Source: a virus. From it: a DNA stretch of 64,000 nucleotides. Within the stretch, counting starts at the first letter, position 1. Each line of letters begins with the position of its first letter. This document shows, piece after piece, positions 27,372-37,503 of the stretch. The notes below the pieces were generated by a model, which did no database searches, was not told where the DNA came from, and saw only the letters and a program-made list of their open reading frames with translations. The position numbers and the translations under genes were made by a program. Where the stretch lies: positions 61,331 through 125,330 of the IMG/VR virus record IMGVR_UViG_3300003154_000789. One strand, written 5' to 3'.

Positions 27372-30300
27372 TTCTGATCAGTTGCATCTGCTCTCCTTCC
27401 GACATCTTTTCAAGGACCGTGTGAGAACGCTCTGCTTTACCAGACATAACCCATTTATACATACGACTGGGGATATCGGTAGCTGGGGCTTCAAGGGCTT
27501 TCAACAGAGCTATACCCTCAAGTTGTGAACGGCTTGCAAAATAAATACGATTTTGAGCACGAACAATGGTGCTTATCAGGTTACTTCCACCAGCTTCTTT
27601 CATTTTCTCATGGTATACCACCAGGTCGAAAATTCCAAGACCATTGGCACGATTGATGATCAGTGCACACAGCTTTTCTGTGGTACCACGCTTAAAGCCT
27701 ACTTCCACCAGCATTTCTACATTTGCAGTACAGACGCCTTCAATCACTATTTCGTATAGAGACTTTCCGCCATGTTTCTGTTCAAACACTGACTGAGCAG
27801 CCTTTTCAAGAAACATTTCTATTGCCACCTTCATTTTCTGGTCTTTGGCAAGTTCGGAATTCTCTACAATTCTCATGATATTGTACGTCAAAGCAATTAC
27901 TGGTCCAGTCTGAGCTTTTACCCCAGTGTTCTTTTCCACGATGGAGGCGTGCTCTTTGCAGGTCAAGATGTTAAATGGCTTTATGTTGAAGTCTGACAAA
28001 CCAAATTCCTTTATATGGGGAGCTCCTTTTCGCTCATTGAGTTTCTGGATTTCCGAATAACAGGTTGTGTTTGGATTCGTCCATTCTTTAAGAAGAGCCA
28101 TTCTAGCTTCTGGAGTATGGAAAGCTGCCAGGTACAAAACATCGCCATCAAAATCGAGGTTTTGAGATACCAAGCTATTCCCACTTGCACGGATAACATA
28201 CTTACACATCGGATCGTCAGTAACCCTAACTTTCTGTGGACGAACAGACATGAATCCAAGACAGGGAAATCTCTCAGCCAAAACCACATCTCCATCATTG
28301 ACTTTGATAGAACGTGCCATATCCCGGTGTATTTCCACAGTATTCTTGGGAATGGTGGTACTTAAACAGGCAACAGCCTTAACTGAGAATGGATATCTAA
28401 CTGACATTGCATATGTAGCTATTTCTCCATTCTTAGTACCCATCATCTTCGACAGTCTATCAAAATACGAATAGATAGAATTGTAATACAATCTATGATT
28501 AATGGGGTTATTTGGATCTGCAACCAATCTGTGGGACATAACCACCACGTTGTTTACCAATACACCGATTTCACTCAAGCCATATTTACCAGCATCGTGT
28601 CTCCAACACTTACGCAGTATACCATCTGGGAAATACAGATAATCGGTAGCATATGCTTCCTTTACTTTAGCCTTTTGCTCTGGCGAAAGTTGTTCATATA
28701 CAATCGGAGAACCCTCATGGAGAATCTCACCATCTTCATCGACCAGACTCTGATATTGTATGGGAAGCCTGAACAAAAATCCATCAGGATAGAAATACTC
28801 ATCTACCACTGTTCCACCGATGTACTGTCCAGAAACTATCGTTCCAGCAGCTTGATCAATCGGTCTTACCTGTTCCACTCCCAATACAGGACGTTTGGGA
28901 TACTCACCTATCTTGGAACGCAGCATTTCGAGCATTTGATGAATGTTTTCGGATCCCTGTGCATAGCTCATTATCTCGTCCAATATCGGATTGTCAACAC
29001 CAAAACGAGTTTCTATGGCACGGAACTCCACATGAGAGAATTTCAAGCCTGCTGTACGTACTTCTTTGCCATTTCTAGCAGTGGTAACTCCTGATTTCCA
29101 GATCTGATCTTCAGGAGTTTTTATACATCCCCAGAAGACTTTTCCACAGACAGCCTTGACTTTTCCAACGTAGGTATCACAGTCCCATGTACCATCTCTT
29201 CTGAACCCACGCTTTTCAAGCCCTGCTTCAACCTGGTCCATCGGCTGTGTCCAATCATCACTGATAATCAGGGGGGCATCTTGACTCGGATCGAAAACAC
29301 AGCTCGCAAGAGCTTCCATTATCTGCCCATAGTTACCTCTTTTTCCGGTAGTTTTTGCCCCCACAATAATATCTATTTTGCGTTTCTCTCCGGTACGCGG
29401 ATCAAAAGCATAACCAAGATCCATCATGCGAACAATACCTTTGTTTCCGTGAAGATTGGTAACCTTGAAACCATCACGAAAGAGTCTCCGATACGTGATT
29501 ATAACATTAAACACCTTGGTAGCAACGCCACCAATAGACATAACCGCTTCGGAGATTTTGCTTACCTTAGCTGAATCACAATAAGCCTCGAATATGATAG
29601 CTTCTTGATCTGGAGCTATTCCGATGACGTCGCCGGTTTTGATAGACTTACCTTCATCTACACGCAAGGATCCAAAGATTTGATAACGTCGGTCATATTC
29701 TACGAATTTGTTTGCATGAGATTTGTCGATCATTATCTGATCTTCAAATACATCCGGGATATCCACAAATGCTGTAAACAAATTCCAACCCTTACGAACG
29801 ATTCCAGTATCAGCCAAATCCTGCATGGATTGACTACGAATTGCGGGAAGTTCATCACCTTTCATTCCCAAAGTTGAATACAAATTACGTTGGGGATTGT
29901 GGTAACAAGATGCAAATGGAGATATCTTTCGCAGATCAATTTTCAGGATGTAATTCTTATCTGCTAATCCTCCATCGGCAAGCCCTATCGAAGTCCAACC
30001 CTTATCAAAATATTTCACCGATTTTGCCACCTGATAAGCAAGACGAGATTCAGGGGAACGCAGTTCATTGAAATCAGGATCGATTATTATCAACCGATTG
30101 TTCATTACGAAACTGTTCATAACGGTTTCATGCAGCGGCATTTTGTTTATAACCTCATTAATAGCTCGCTGAAGGCGATAAATTATAATAGAGGCATTGC
30201 CATTCTTGAAACCGTAAATTATTTGCTGAAGATAAGGGGTCGCTTTTATGAGTTCTTCAGAGACAAAACCACTCGGTACATCCATAATAATATAATACAT

Positions 30301-30603
30301 GGCTGACAAGTAGTCAAGTTCTCTTTGGTCTTTTTCCATCCAAAAAGAGCACACTGCTCGTGTCACTTCTTTCTGTTCAATCAAGGTGACACCATCCATG
30401 TCGAACGGTAATGGAATGGTGACGTTGTGTCTTTCAGTATCTTTGGCAAAGGATAACCAGAGTACATTGCTTTTGTCGATTGTAACATCTAAGGAGATTC
30501 CGTAATCAACTCCATGTTTACGACCTTCGGTTTCTGTTCTTGCTTTAAATTGAGTAACAATAGTATTTACCAGATGCTGGGCTCTTGCTAAATCAACTTT
30601 CAT
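27184..30603 (-). CDS. single-chain two-barrel (beta/beta-prime-like) DNA-directed RNA polymerase
   Basis: Beta-like KVTNLHGNKGIV, DIIV...KRGNYGQIME, GLKFSHVE; beta-prime-like GTKNG...MSVRYPFS, ERFPCL, NLDFDGD. Confidence 0.88.
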   Translation of the reverse strand: MKVDLARAQHLVNTIVTQFKARTETEGRKHGVDYGISLDVTIDKSNVLWLSFAKDTERHNVTIPLPFDMDGVTLIEQKEVTRAVCSFWMEKDQRELDYLSAMYYIIMDVPSGFVSEELIKATPYLQQIIYGFKNGNASIIIYRLQRAINEVINKMPLHETVMNSFVMNNRLIIIDPDFNELRSPESRLAYQVAKSVKYFDKGWTSIGLADGGLADKNYILKIDLRKISPFASCYHNPQRNLYSTLGMKGDELPAIRSQSMQDLADTGIVRKGWNLFTAFVDIPDVFEDQIMIDKSHANKFVEYDRRYQIFGSLRVDEGKSIKTGDVIGIAPDQEAIIFEAYCDSAKVSKISEAVMSIGGVATKVFNVIITYRRLFRDGFKVTNLHGNKGIVRMMDLGYAFDPRTGEKRKIDIIVGAKTTGKRGNYGQIMEALASCVFDPSQDAPLIISDDWTQPMDQVEAGLEKRGFRRDGTWDCDTYVGKVKAVCGKVFWGCIKTPEDQIWKSGVTTARNGKEVRTAGLKFSHVEFRAIETRFGVDNPILDEIMSYAQGSENIHQMLEMLRSKIGEYPKRPVLGVEQVRPIDQAAGTIVSGQYIGGTVVDEYFYPDGFLFRLPIQYQSLVDEDGEILHEGSPIVYEQLSPEQKAKVKEAYATDYLYFPDGILRKCWRHDAGKYGLSEIGVLVNNVVVMSHRLVADPNNPINHRLYYNSIYSYFDRLSKMMGTKNGEIATYAMSVRYPFSVKAVACLSTTIPKNTVEIHRDMARSIKVNDGDVVLAERFPCLGFMSVRPQKVRVTDDPMCKYVIRASGNSLVSQNLDFDGDVLYLAAFHTPEARMALLKEWTNPNTTCYSEIQKLNERKGAPHIKEFGLSDFNIKPFNILTCKEHASIVEKNTGVKAQTGPVIALTYNIMRIVENSELAKDQKMKVAIEMFLEKAAQSVFEQKHGGKSLYEIVIEGVCTANVEMLVEVGFKRGTTEKLCALIINRANGLGIFDLVVYHEKMKEAGGSNLISTIVRAQNRIYFASRSQLEGIALLKALEAPATDIPSRMYKWVMSGKAERSHTVLEKMSEGEQMQLIRNEKLRGACGSLCELIDKMFDKSCDGAENISPTPTHSSEGGYGFAKIHYYRGDNDTPREQTAG

Positions 30604-30616
30604 GCAACATGCTCCT

Positions 30617-31603
30617 TTATTTAGAAATCAGTGACGTGTAGCCAAAACCATTGTTGGTCTTCAACATACTATCGGAGAGTGCTGTACATTCCGATATTAT
30701 TGCTTCGATTTCTCTAATCGTAGCGGTTATCTCCGGCACATTAAAATTGTAGCAGAGTTTTGTAAATATAGACATTACCAACTTGTTATGCATGTATGGA
30801 CAGATTGTGTTGTAGATGATAGATACATAGTCATGCATATCTATATTGTGTATATTGTTAATATCCTCCATTGCCTTTTTCATAAAAGAGCGTGATTGAA
30901 CTGCCACAATCTTCCTGATGAGAGAGATGCTTTTTGCTCGGGTTTCTGCACTAGAAGCCCATCTATCTACACAATCTCTCCTGTATGATCTATCATCTAT
31001 TAAAAGTTGCAGTTCGTCCCAGGTTTCTTTTGAACTAAGCTCGTTATCATTGCTTTTGGAAAAATGACCTGATTGCCTTGTTCCTCTGATCAATTTTGAC
31101 ATGATGGCATTGGTCATATATGAGAGAATCCAGGCTCTGAATTCGATGTCATCACACATTGTTAAATCAGTGTTGTCATAATTTAATGGAGAAGCTACCA
31201 CGATTGGTACGTTCGGTGAAGTTTCATAATTTGCCTTTATGTTCTCCCATAAATATGAATCCTTTTGGGAGGTTATCAATTGGCAAAGATTTGCCATAGG
31301 TCTCGTAATGCTTGGCTCATTTTCTTTATTCTTCGCCTTTTTAATGTCTCCGTTTCTAAACATTGGAAATAAAGCTATGATTGTTTTCCTCTCCATTCTT
31401 CCACGCTCTTCGAATCCAAAACGTATGAATAATACTTCACAGAGAGAAGCAATCACGCTCACATAATCAAATCCTTCCTTAATGAGGTTAAAAGTACGAG
31501 TATCATAGCAGTTGGAAATGTATCCTATGCTGCCTTTTCTAGGTCCCACTGTTTTGTGGAGTGAACTTTCGACCAAGATGATCTTTGTTCCAGGGTCAAA
31601 CAT
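30617..31603 (-). CDS. hypothetical protein, paralog of 31636..32427
   Basis: FDPGTK...GP..GSIGYIS; DDIEFRAW. Confidence 0.7.
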   Translation of the reverse strand: MFDPGTKIILVESSLHKTVGPRKGSIGYISNCYDTRTFNLIKEGFDYVSVIASLCEVLFIRFGFEERGRMERKTIIALFPMFRNGDIKKAKNKENEPSITRPMANLCQLITSQKDSYLWENIKANYETSPNVPIVVASPLNYDNTDLTMCDDIEFRAWILSYMTNAIMSKLIRGTRQSGHFSKSNDNELSSKETWDELQLLIDDRSYRRDCVDRWASSAETRAKSISLIRKIVAVQSRSFMKKAMEDINNIHNIDMHDYVSIIYNTICPYMHNKLVMSIFTKLCYNFNVPEITATIREIEAIISECTALSDSMLKTNNGFGYTSLISK

Positions 31604-31635
31604 ACTACCTCCAAGTTTGGTTTTCGATTAGAGAG

Positions 31636-32427
31636 CTACAACCAGGCCATACCATTTGTAGCTTCTTTAACAGCGTTAGCCATCTCTTTTTTGCCATGGC
31701 CCAATGCCAGGGTCTGTAAAGCATTTAGCTTTTTCGTGAATGTTAACAAAGTTTCCTGCATCACGTCAGGATTACCTATATTCAATCCTTCTGAACATAG
31801 ATCTGAAATCGCTCTTCTTTCTATGTCAGCTACCTTGATCATGTATGACAGAGCACACTTTACCAACGTTGATTCCAACATCCGAATACTTTTTGCGAAT
31901 TTCTCTCTAAATGCAGGATTGAACAATTCGTCTCCCAAATCTTCACTGTAATATTCATTGATGGTAAGTATTCGATTTAAAAAGTGATCCAGATCTCCTG
32001 GCCAAGAGCTTATGTGCTTTGCTCTTGTACTTAGCTTGTGAATATACATGGTCTGAGAATGTGCCCATCCTAGAAAGTCTATATCTGACATATTCTGTAT
32101 CGTGTCTTCACAAGGCAATATTGGTTCGATGTGCACGTAATACCTTCGTTTCTCTTCGGGCATAACTTTATGGATATTTTCATCTTTGAGATCGAATATT
32201 GGAGTTGATAGCTCGCTGTTATCTAATCTCCTTTTACCAGTTTTACCTCTTTTCAAAACGACAGCATGCAGATAAATAACATTTGAATAGTCTTGATCAT
32301 GTCCTTTCACATACGATACAAAACCTGTTGTTCCTGGACCAAATGTGCTATCTTTTGTATCATCGGTCACCACAAATTTCGTACCAGTGTTGAAAATTTG
32401 ACTGGTTATGGGTATAATTTTTGACAT
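31636..32427 (-). CDS. hypothetical protein, paralog of 30617..31603
   Basis: FNTGTK...GPGTTGFVSYV; SDIDFLGW. Confidence 0.7.
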   Translation of the reverse strand: MSKIIPITSQIFNTGTKFVVTDDTKDSTFGPGTTGFVSYVKGHDQDYSNVIYLHAVVLKRGKTGKRRLDNSELSTPIFDLKDENIHKVMPEEKRRYYVHIEPILPCEDTIQNMSDIDFLGWAHSQTMYIHKLSTRAKHISSWPGDLDHFLNRILTINEYYSEDLGDELFNPAFREKFAKSIRMLESTLVKCALSYMIKVADIERRAISDLCSEGLNIGNPDVMQETLLTFTKKLNALQTLALGHGKKEMANAVKEATNGMAWL

Positions 32428-32796
32428 TTACGCATCTACCTCCGCAGCAATGAAATACGACTTTGCACTAACGAATGACACTTCGGACGATGAAACATAT
32501 GAACTCACATGTTCCAATGGCTCAGATATGAAAACGAGTTTACCGGGGATAACCTCGTCATTGCGTTTTTTGACAGTCATAGCAATACGAAAGCCATCAA
32601 CTTTCTCCATCTCGCCAATAACATTTAGAGGTGTTGTTTCTACAGTGGTAATTTTGTTTTTAAGTTCAGGTTTTACGAAGAGTGCATCATATTCTTTCGG
32701 AGACAATAATCCAAGCAACCGTCCAATATACGTAGTTTCGGTACCTTCTCCAAAGACTTGTAACTCGATGTTCTTTTTCTTTAACGTGTCTGCCAT
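32428..32796 (-). CDS. hypothetical protein
   Basis: ORF with RBS GGAGG. Confidence 0.65.
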   Translation of the reverse strand: MADTLKKKNIELQVFGEGTETTYIGRLLGLLSPKEYDALFVKPELKNKITTVETTPLNVIGEMEKVDGFRIAMTVKKRNDEVIPGKLVFISEPLEHVSSYVSSSEVSFVSAKSYFIAAEVDA

Positions 32797-32804
32797 ACCA
32801 CCTC

Positions 32805-33341
32805 CTATGTATTTTCAACCATTATTTTAATTATTTCAAGTTCGTCAGCGATATCTTTACACGTTGCTATGACCTCATCATCCAAATCCTCGTCATTTAC
32901 AGATAAACATGTTTCGAGCTGATATCCGTATAGAACATAAATATCGTCGATATCTGTCTTCATATCGGATAGTGGTCCTCCAAGCCTCATAACTTCACTT
33001 ATTTCCTCAGCCAAACCTTCTGGACATTCACTGCTAGATTCAGCTATGCTACCCTTTGAAGTTTCATACGGATCAAGACACACAACGTAGGCGGATTTTC
33101 CATGAAATGAGCTCGGTAAGATTTCTCCAGTTGCAAGAACCCCATGAAATATTCTTGTTTCTGGATCGGCTGTCGGGGTCAATGTTTTGAGATGCTCTAT
33201 CAAATCTCCCCAGGTTTCAAAAATATTTATATCGTTTGCGTCTTCATCATCTTCGCTCCCGACTACCAGGAATACCTCTTTTCCAACATATTGTTCCGCT
33301 GTTTGATTCTTTTCAACATATCGCTTTAGTGGATGGTTCAT
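32805..33341 (-). CDS. acidic hypothetical protein
   Basis: 178-aa ORF. Confidence 0.7.
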   Translation of the reverse strand: MNHPLKRYVEKNQTAEQYVGKEVFLVVGSEDDEDANDINIFETWGDLIEHLKTLTPTADPETRIFHGVLATGEILPSSFHGKSAYVVCLDPYETSKGSIAESSSECPEGLAEEISEVMRLGGPLSDMKTDIDDIYVLYGYQLETCLSVNDEDLDDEVIATCKDIADELEIIKIMVENT

Positions 33342-33344
33342 TTA

Positions 33345-33794
33345 TCAAAATACCTCCTTGATGTGTAACTCACGCGAAATTGTGACAGCATTTGGGGTGT
33401 GCTTTGGAAGACAATTATATTCAGCGTAGACAGAATTGGTCATAATGTCTTTCAGAAGAGTACTCCAAGGCATCGCCATAAATTGATCGTTTGGTTTGGC
33501 TTGAAATGCTATCGCAGACTTCAATTTTGCGATGTATATGATGATGTTCTTATCTTCTATCCCCTTTGTTGGTGGATACCTTTTTATTTCGGCAAAATCA
33601 TCATTGTAGTTGAATGGATTTATTCCGAATAAGTTTAGAAGAATATCATTCACACAATCTAGAGGTGCTTCTGTAGCCTTGATGTAACGCTCAATGGTAA
33701 TGCACCACTGAGCGTTATTTGTCAGCTTATGAAGTAAGATTCGTTTATCCGGCAGCTGTACTGCCATATTCACACATCGCAAGCCGTTCATCAT
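33345..33794 (-). CDS. hypothetical protein (possible Nudix-like fold, no Nudix box)
   Basis: ILL.K...W.I.......EAPLDCV layout; catalytic REUxEE absent. Confidence 0.45.
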   Translation of the reverse strand: MMNGLRCVNMAVQLPDKRILLHKLTNNAQWCITIERYIKATEAPLDCVNDILLNLFGINPFNYNDDFAEIKRYPPTKGIEDKNIIIYIAKLKSAIAFQAKPNDQFMAMPWSTLLKDIMTNSVYAEYNCLPKHTPNAVTISRELHIKEVF

Positions 33795-34470
33795 TGTCTG
33801 TTCCCCTGGTATAAGCTGCAATGAATTCTTCCCATGGAAGTTCCAAAGCATCAATAATCATGTTTCTGTAATAATTAAAGCCTGCTGTGGTCTCAGCCAT
33901 AGCTTCAGGATGATATTGAACACCGAAAGCTTTTATTTTTGGGAAAATAACAGCTTCATTTTCTTTTCCGCGATAATCAACTTTCAGATCTGCATTGCCG
34001 ATGTACGATATCGAAAGGCTCTTTGCCGCCCAACCGATAACCTTTGCTCCTACGGGAGGAAGAATCATTTGATGATGATAACTGTTCACTATGAGTCTGT
34101 TACCAGCAGCCGTTTCCATAAGATGATCACGTCCAGCATGTCCGGTTACGTCATGCATCATACGTCCACCAGCCATAACGTTAAGGAACTGAACCCCTCT
34201 GCAGATGCCGGTCATCTTTATCCCATGTTCGAGGGCTTTCTCATAAATGGCAATTTCAAATTTATCTCTTTCCATAGAGTAGTGACAAATACCTTTTGGA
34301 CTTGTATCACCATAAAGCATCGGAGTAATATCTTCCCCACCAGTGAACAACACCAGTTTGAATTCACGTGGGTTTTCCAGAAATTCTCTTGATCTAACAG
34401 TCACATCCCCTAAACCTTCGACAGGACTTCTGTAACTGCTACCATTTAATACCAAAATCTTGTTGGGCAT
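33745..34470 (-). CDS. class I glutamine amidotransferase / peptidase C26 #1
   Basis: FTGGEDI, GICRG, NSYHHQ, GVQYHPE. Confidence 0.9.
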   Translation of the reverse strand: MPNKILVLNGSSYRSPVEGLGDVTVRSREFLENPREFKLVLFTGGEDITPMLYGDTSPKGICHYSMERDKFEIAIYEKALEHGIKMTGICRGVQFLNVMAGGRMMHDVTGHAGRDHLMETAAGNRLIVNSYHHQMILPPVGAKVIGWAAKSLSISYIGNADLKVDYRGKENEAVIFPKIKAFGVQYHPEAMAETTAGFNYYRNMIIDALELPWEEFIAAYTRGTDNDERLAMCEYGSTAAG

Positions 34471-34481
34471 TACTTTCTCCT

Positions 34482-34784
34482 TTATGCGGGCAGGTCGATA
34501 TTTGCTTCTGATTTGGCGGCGTCATCTTTCTTGCCTTTGGTAGGTTCATCTGGTAATATAGCCATGTCAAAGACTTCCGTCTCCGGGATCACTCGTACTT
34601 CAGGCGTGTCGATGAATTTGATGACATATGATGGACGTCTTCCTTTGGCTCCGGAACTGTAGCCATCACGACAATATAGAATTTCGGAAACAGTATGTCC
34701 GCCTTCAACTACGGGATCACCAACGCGGAAGATGATAGGAAGTGCCAGATTTCTTGCATCACGAACGATCTCTACGATTTTCAT
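34482..34784 (-). CDS. hypothetical protein
   Basis: ORF with RBS AGGAG. Confidence 0.6.
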   Translation of the reverse strand: MKIVEIVRDARNLALPIIFRVGDPVVEGGHTVSEILYCRDGYSSGAKGRRPSYVIKFIDTPEVRVIPETEVFDMAILPDEPTKGKKDDAAKSEANIDLPA

Positions 34785-34811
34785 GTATCTTATCTCCTTG
34801 ATAAATGTTTG

Positions 34812-35201
34812 TTATTTTGGCAAAGGCCAGCAGCCAGATTCAATCTTTTTTGCATGCTTTGGAACCTTGAAATTGAATACGTAGATATTTGCTTCCTTTA
34901 TTTCCCCGGCTTCGGTTTTGACTTGGACGCGTCTTCTCAAATACATACCATCCCTCAATTCGGGCTGATATCCTTCAATCATATCCATCGAGTGTGTAAC
35001 TTTCTCGGGATCTTTGTATTCATGAAGCTCACCCACAACTTTACCGGTTCCCGGTTTTATTCCAGGAAAAGAACCAAGATCAAATAGGTCGAATTTCTCG
35101 ACTTCAGCCTTTACGGAATTCAACCTGGCGGAATCAAATTGCTTTGCAAATCGTCCACCTACCTTAAGTGTACCATACACAAAGAACAAATCAGTTTTCA
35201 T
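34812..35201 (-). CDS. gamma-glutamylcyclotransferase (AIG2-like)
   Basis: FVYGTLK, FPG, V.GEL, D.IEG...Y.R. Confidence 0.92.
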   Translation of the reverse strand: MKTDLFFVYGTLKVGGRFAKQFDSARLNSVKAEVEKFDLFDLGSFPGIKPGTGKVVGELHEYKDPEKVTHSMDMIEGYQPELRDGMYLRRRVQVKTEAGEIKEANIYVFNFKVPKHAKKIESGCWPLPK

Positions 35202-35219
35202 TAGGTATTTCCTTTCATG

Positions 35220-36479
35220 TTAATATCGATATGCGGAACTCGATGTTGTTGAGATAGTATACATAGTGGTGCCCGTTGTGGTTCCCCAAGACGATGATAA
35301 ATTGCCCGCCGATCCATGTGTTGAGGTATCAACTGGAATAGCCATAGTTGCGTTACTGAAGGGATTTTCCAGCTTGGCTTCTAACTTTTTAAATGTTGGC
35401 TCAAAACGCTTGGGTTTGTTTCCTAAAGATTTTTTTTCATAATACTGTCGTAGTTTTCTTTCGATATCATGAGCCTGCCCGCTGTTGGCTGTTTCATAAT
35501 AGATATTACCAATTGGGGTCTGTTTTACTCTTAAATTTATACCTGATTTCGAAGCAAATAATTCAAGTAGACTAAGACATTCATTGATGTTTCCAGAAAA
35601 GAATGTTTCTATCTGATGTTTGGAGATCTCCTGCATATATCCGCCGGAAAATAAACTTTCCTTAGGGCCACCATGCATGAAATTATACTCTTTCAATTCT
35701 TCACTACGTGGAATGCCACTTTTTTTGTTTCTCAATTCTCTTAACCGTAGTTCTTTTTTCTTAGCCCTCTCCCTGGAGTCCTCAATTTCTTTTATCACTT
35801 TGTTTACGTTTATTGTGTTCTTCCAACCACGGGAAACCAATTTTTCAACGCGGGCTCCCAGAGCATCAAGGTATATAGTATCGGAACTTTTGTTTATACG
35901 AAGAACACCCTCCATACAATCCTGATATGCTCCTGGGACAGCTTCAAAGATACGCCCATCACAAAGCATTATCATGCCGCAACAGACAATGTCCACCATG
36001 CGTGCAACGTAGATAGCACTTTGCAAGGGGTCTCTGTCTTGATATTTGGATGTTATGAGTTGTACTACTTTTCCGCCCATAGTTACGAATGAGGAAATGG
36101 ATGACATCGGAGCAAACTTTTTAGCCATGTCACCAGAGTTTTTTATTTTCAATACTGGAGCTTTGGCTACCGGCTGTGCTACTTCATCTTCATCGTCTGA
36201 ATTTATGGAAAAGATTTCCATGGCGGAGGAATTAAATGGAATCCATTTTGGATTAGTCTGAAAAGCTTCAGAGATTTTATGGAAATCATCCTGAGGAACC
36301 GCAAAATCAAGATCGCCAACCAATTCCTTATTGGCTATGCAATCTCTAACGGCACCCCCATATATGATTGAATGCGGTGTCATAAATTCCAGAGCATTAT
36401 CAAACCGCTCCATGATGATTTCCTGTACCCATCCGACATCTTCTATCTCTTTCAAATATCCCGATATTTCAGGTTTCAT
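35220..36479 (-). CDS. second polymerase-beta-superfamily nucleotidyltransferase
   Basis: IYGGAVRD...DLDFAV motif A; divergent remainder. Confidence 0.65.
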   Translation of the reverse strand: MKPEISGYLKEIEDVGWVQEIIMERFDNALEFMTPHSIIYGGAVRDCIANKELVGDLDFAVPQDDFHKISEAFQTNPKWIPFNSSAMEIFSINSDDEDEVAQPVAKAPVLKIKNSGDMAKKFAPMSSISSFVTMGGKVVQLITSKYQDRDPLQSAIYVARMVDIVCCGMIMLCDGRIFEAVPGAYQDCMEGVLRINKSSDTIYLDALGARVEKLVSRGWKNTINVNKVIKEIEDSRERAKKKELRLRELRNKKSGIPRSEELKEYNFMHGGPKESLFSGGYMQEISKHQIETFFSGNINECLSLLELFASKSGINLRVKQTPIGNIYYETANSGQAHDIERKLRQYYEKKSLGNKPKRFEPTFKKLEAKLENPFSNATMAIPVDTSTHGSAGNLSSSWGTTTGTTMYTISTTSSSAYRY

Positions 36480-36712
36480 GCTATCGTTTTCTCCTGTATC
36501 TCAATGCATTTTATAGAGACAGTACTTGTGTCTGAAACAGCGTCTTCGAAAGCCATAGCTAACAACCAAGGGGTTATAGGCATCGACTTGATGTACGTTA
36601 TCGTAGAATCTCTTTCCTTCATTCTACGAAAATGTCGCACAATGTGCCGAAGCCTATAAACCACTTCAAGTATCGTGTCGTCCTCATATGTTATTTTTAC
36701 ATTAAATGCCAT
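36476..36712 (-). CDS. hypothetical protein
   Basis: Likely start MAFNVK at 36712. Confidence 0.5.
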   Translation of the reverse strand: MAFNVKITYEDDTILEVVYRLRHIVRHFRRMKERDSTITYIKSMPITPWLLAMAFEDAVSDTSTVSIKCIEIQEKTIA

Positions 36713-36720
36713 TACTTCTC

Positions 36721-37503
36721 CTACACAGCTTCGAAATGTTGTTGAAGCCCTGTTTCCTGATTGAGAAAGAAATTGCGAAGAAGATTGATATCTCGCAATT
36801 CTTCTGGATGCCACTGAACAGCAAGAATGGGACTGCCCCATTTCAATATTCGGAAGGCTTCACAAACAACTTCGGTACTTACTTTGTTTTTAGCCAATTT
36901 CAATCCACGCTGCGTCCATGCAGCCATACGGAAAGCTCTAGCTCCGAGAACATTCTTTTGCTTAAAATCGGCAACCAAGCATTGATGGTGCATACTGTTT
37001 ACCGGCATATGATGTGGCAGAGCCGAATCAGGTTTGATACCATACAGCGTATTTGGGGCATACTCAACATAATGTTGACAAATGTTTCTGGATAGTTGTT
37101 GATTATCAACCTGATTGTGCTCGCTGATGTGTTCACAGAAATATAGGAATTCATCCATCTTGTTGTCGGCAAGCATGTATTCTCTTGCAATCAACTGAAA
37201 ACCGCGGCAGATGCCAAATATTGGGAGGCCACGTTCTCTGGACATATGAAAAAGATTTCGTTCGAATGTATCTTTTTCCGGGTCAACGGCAAAAGATGAA
37301 CTGTTGTCTTCTCCGTAATAAATGGGATCCAAATCAATTCCTCCTGGAAGTACCAAACCTTCGATCATGCCGAGTACCATTTCGGTTGGCATTTCAGGTG
37401 TGATAAGAATTGGAGTCAGCCCAGCTTCTGCTACGTATTGGACATAAGCTTGGTTGATGAAGTATTGTGTCTTGCTTGAGGATGCTACTATTCCGATTTT
37501 CAT
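36721..37503 (-). CDS. class I glutamine amidotransferase / peptidase C26 #2
   Basis: LPGGIDLDP, GICRGFQ, VNSMHHQ, AVQWHPE. Confidence 0.9.
   Translation of the reverse strand: MKIGIVASSSKTQYFINQAYVQYVAEAGLTPILITPEMPTEMVLGMIEGLVLPGGIDLDPIYYGEDNSSSFAVDPEKDTFERNLFHMSRERGLPIFGICRGFQLIAREYMLADNKMDEFLYFCEHISEHNQVDNQQLSRNICQHYVEYAPNTLYGIKPDSALPHHMPVNSMHHQCLVADFKQKNVLGARAFRMAAWTQRGLKLAKNKVSTEVVCEAFRILKWGSPILAVQWHPEELRDINLLRNFFLNQETGLQQHFEAV

Noticed and set aside
16980-30603. Inteins in the large ORFs (GATase, amidoligase, helicase, RNAP)
   Set aside because: No C/S...HN-[CST] splice junction pattern or LAGLIDADG motif was recognised, and catalytic motifs are normally spaced.
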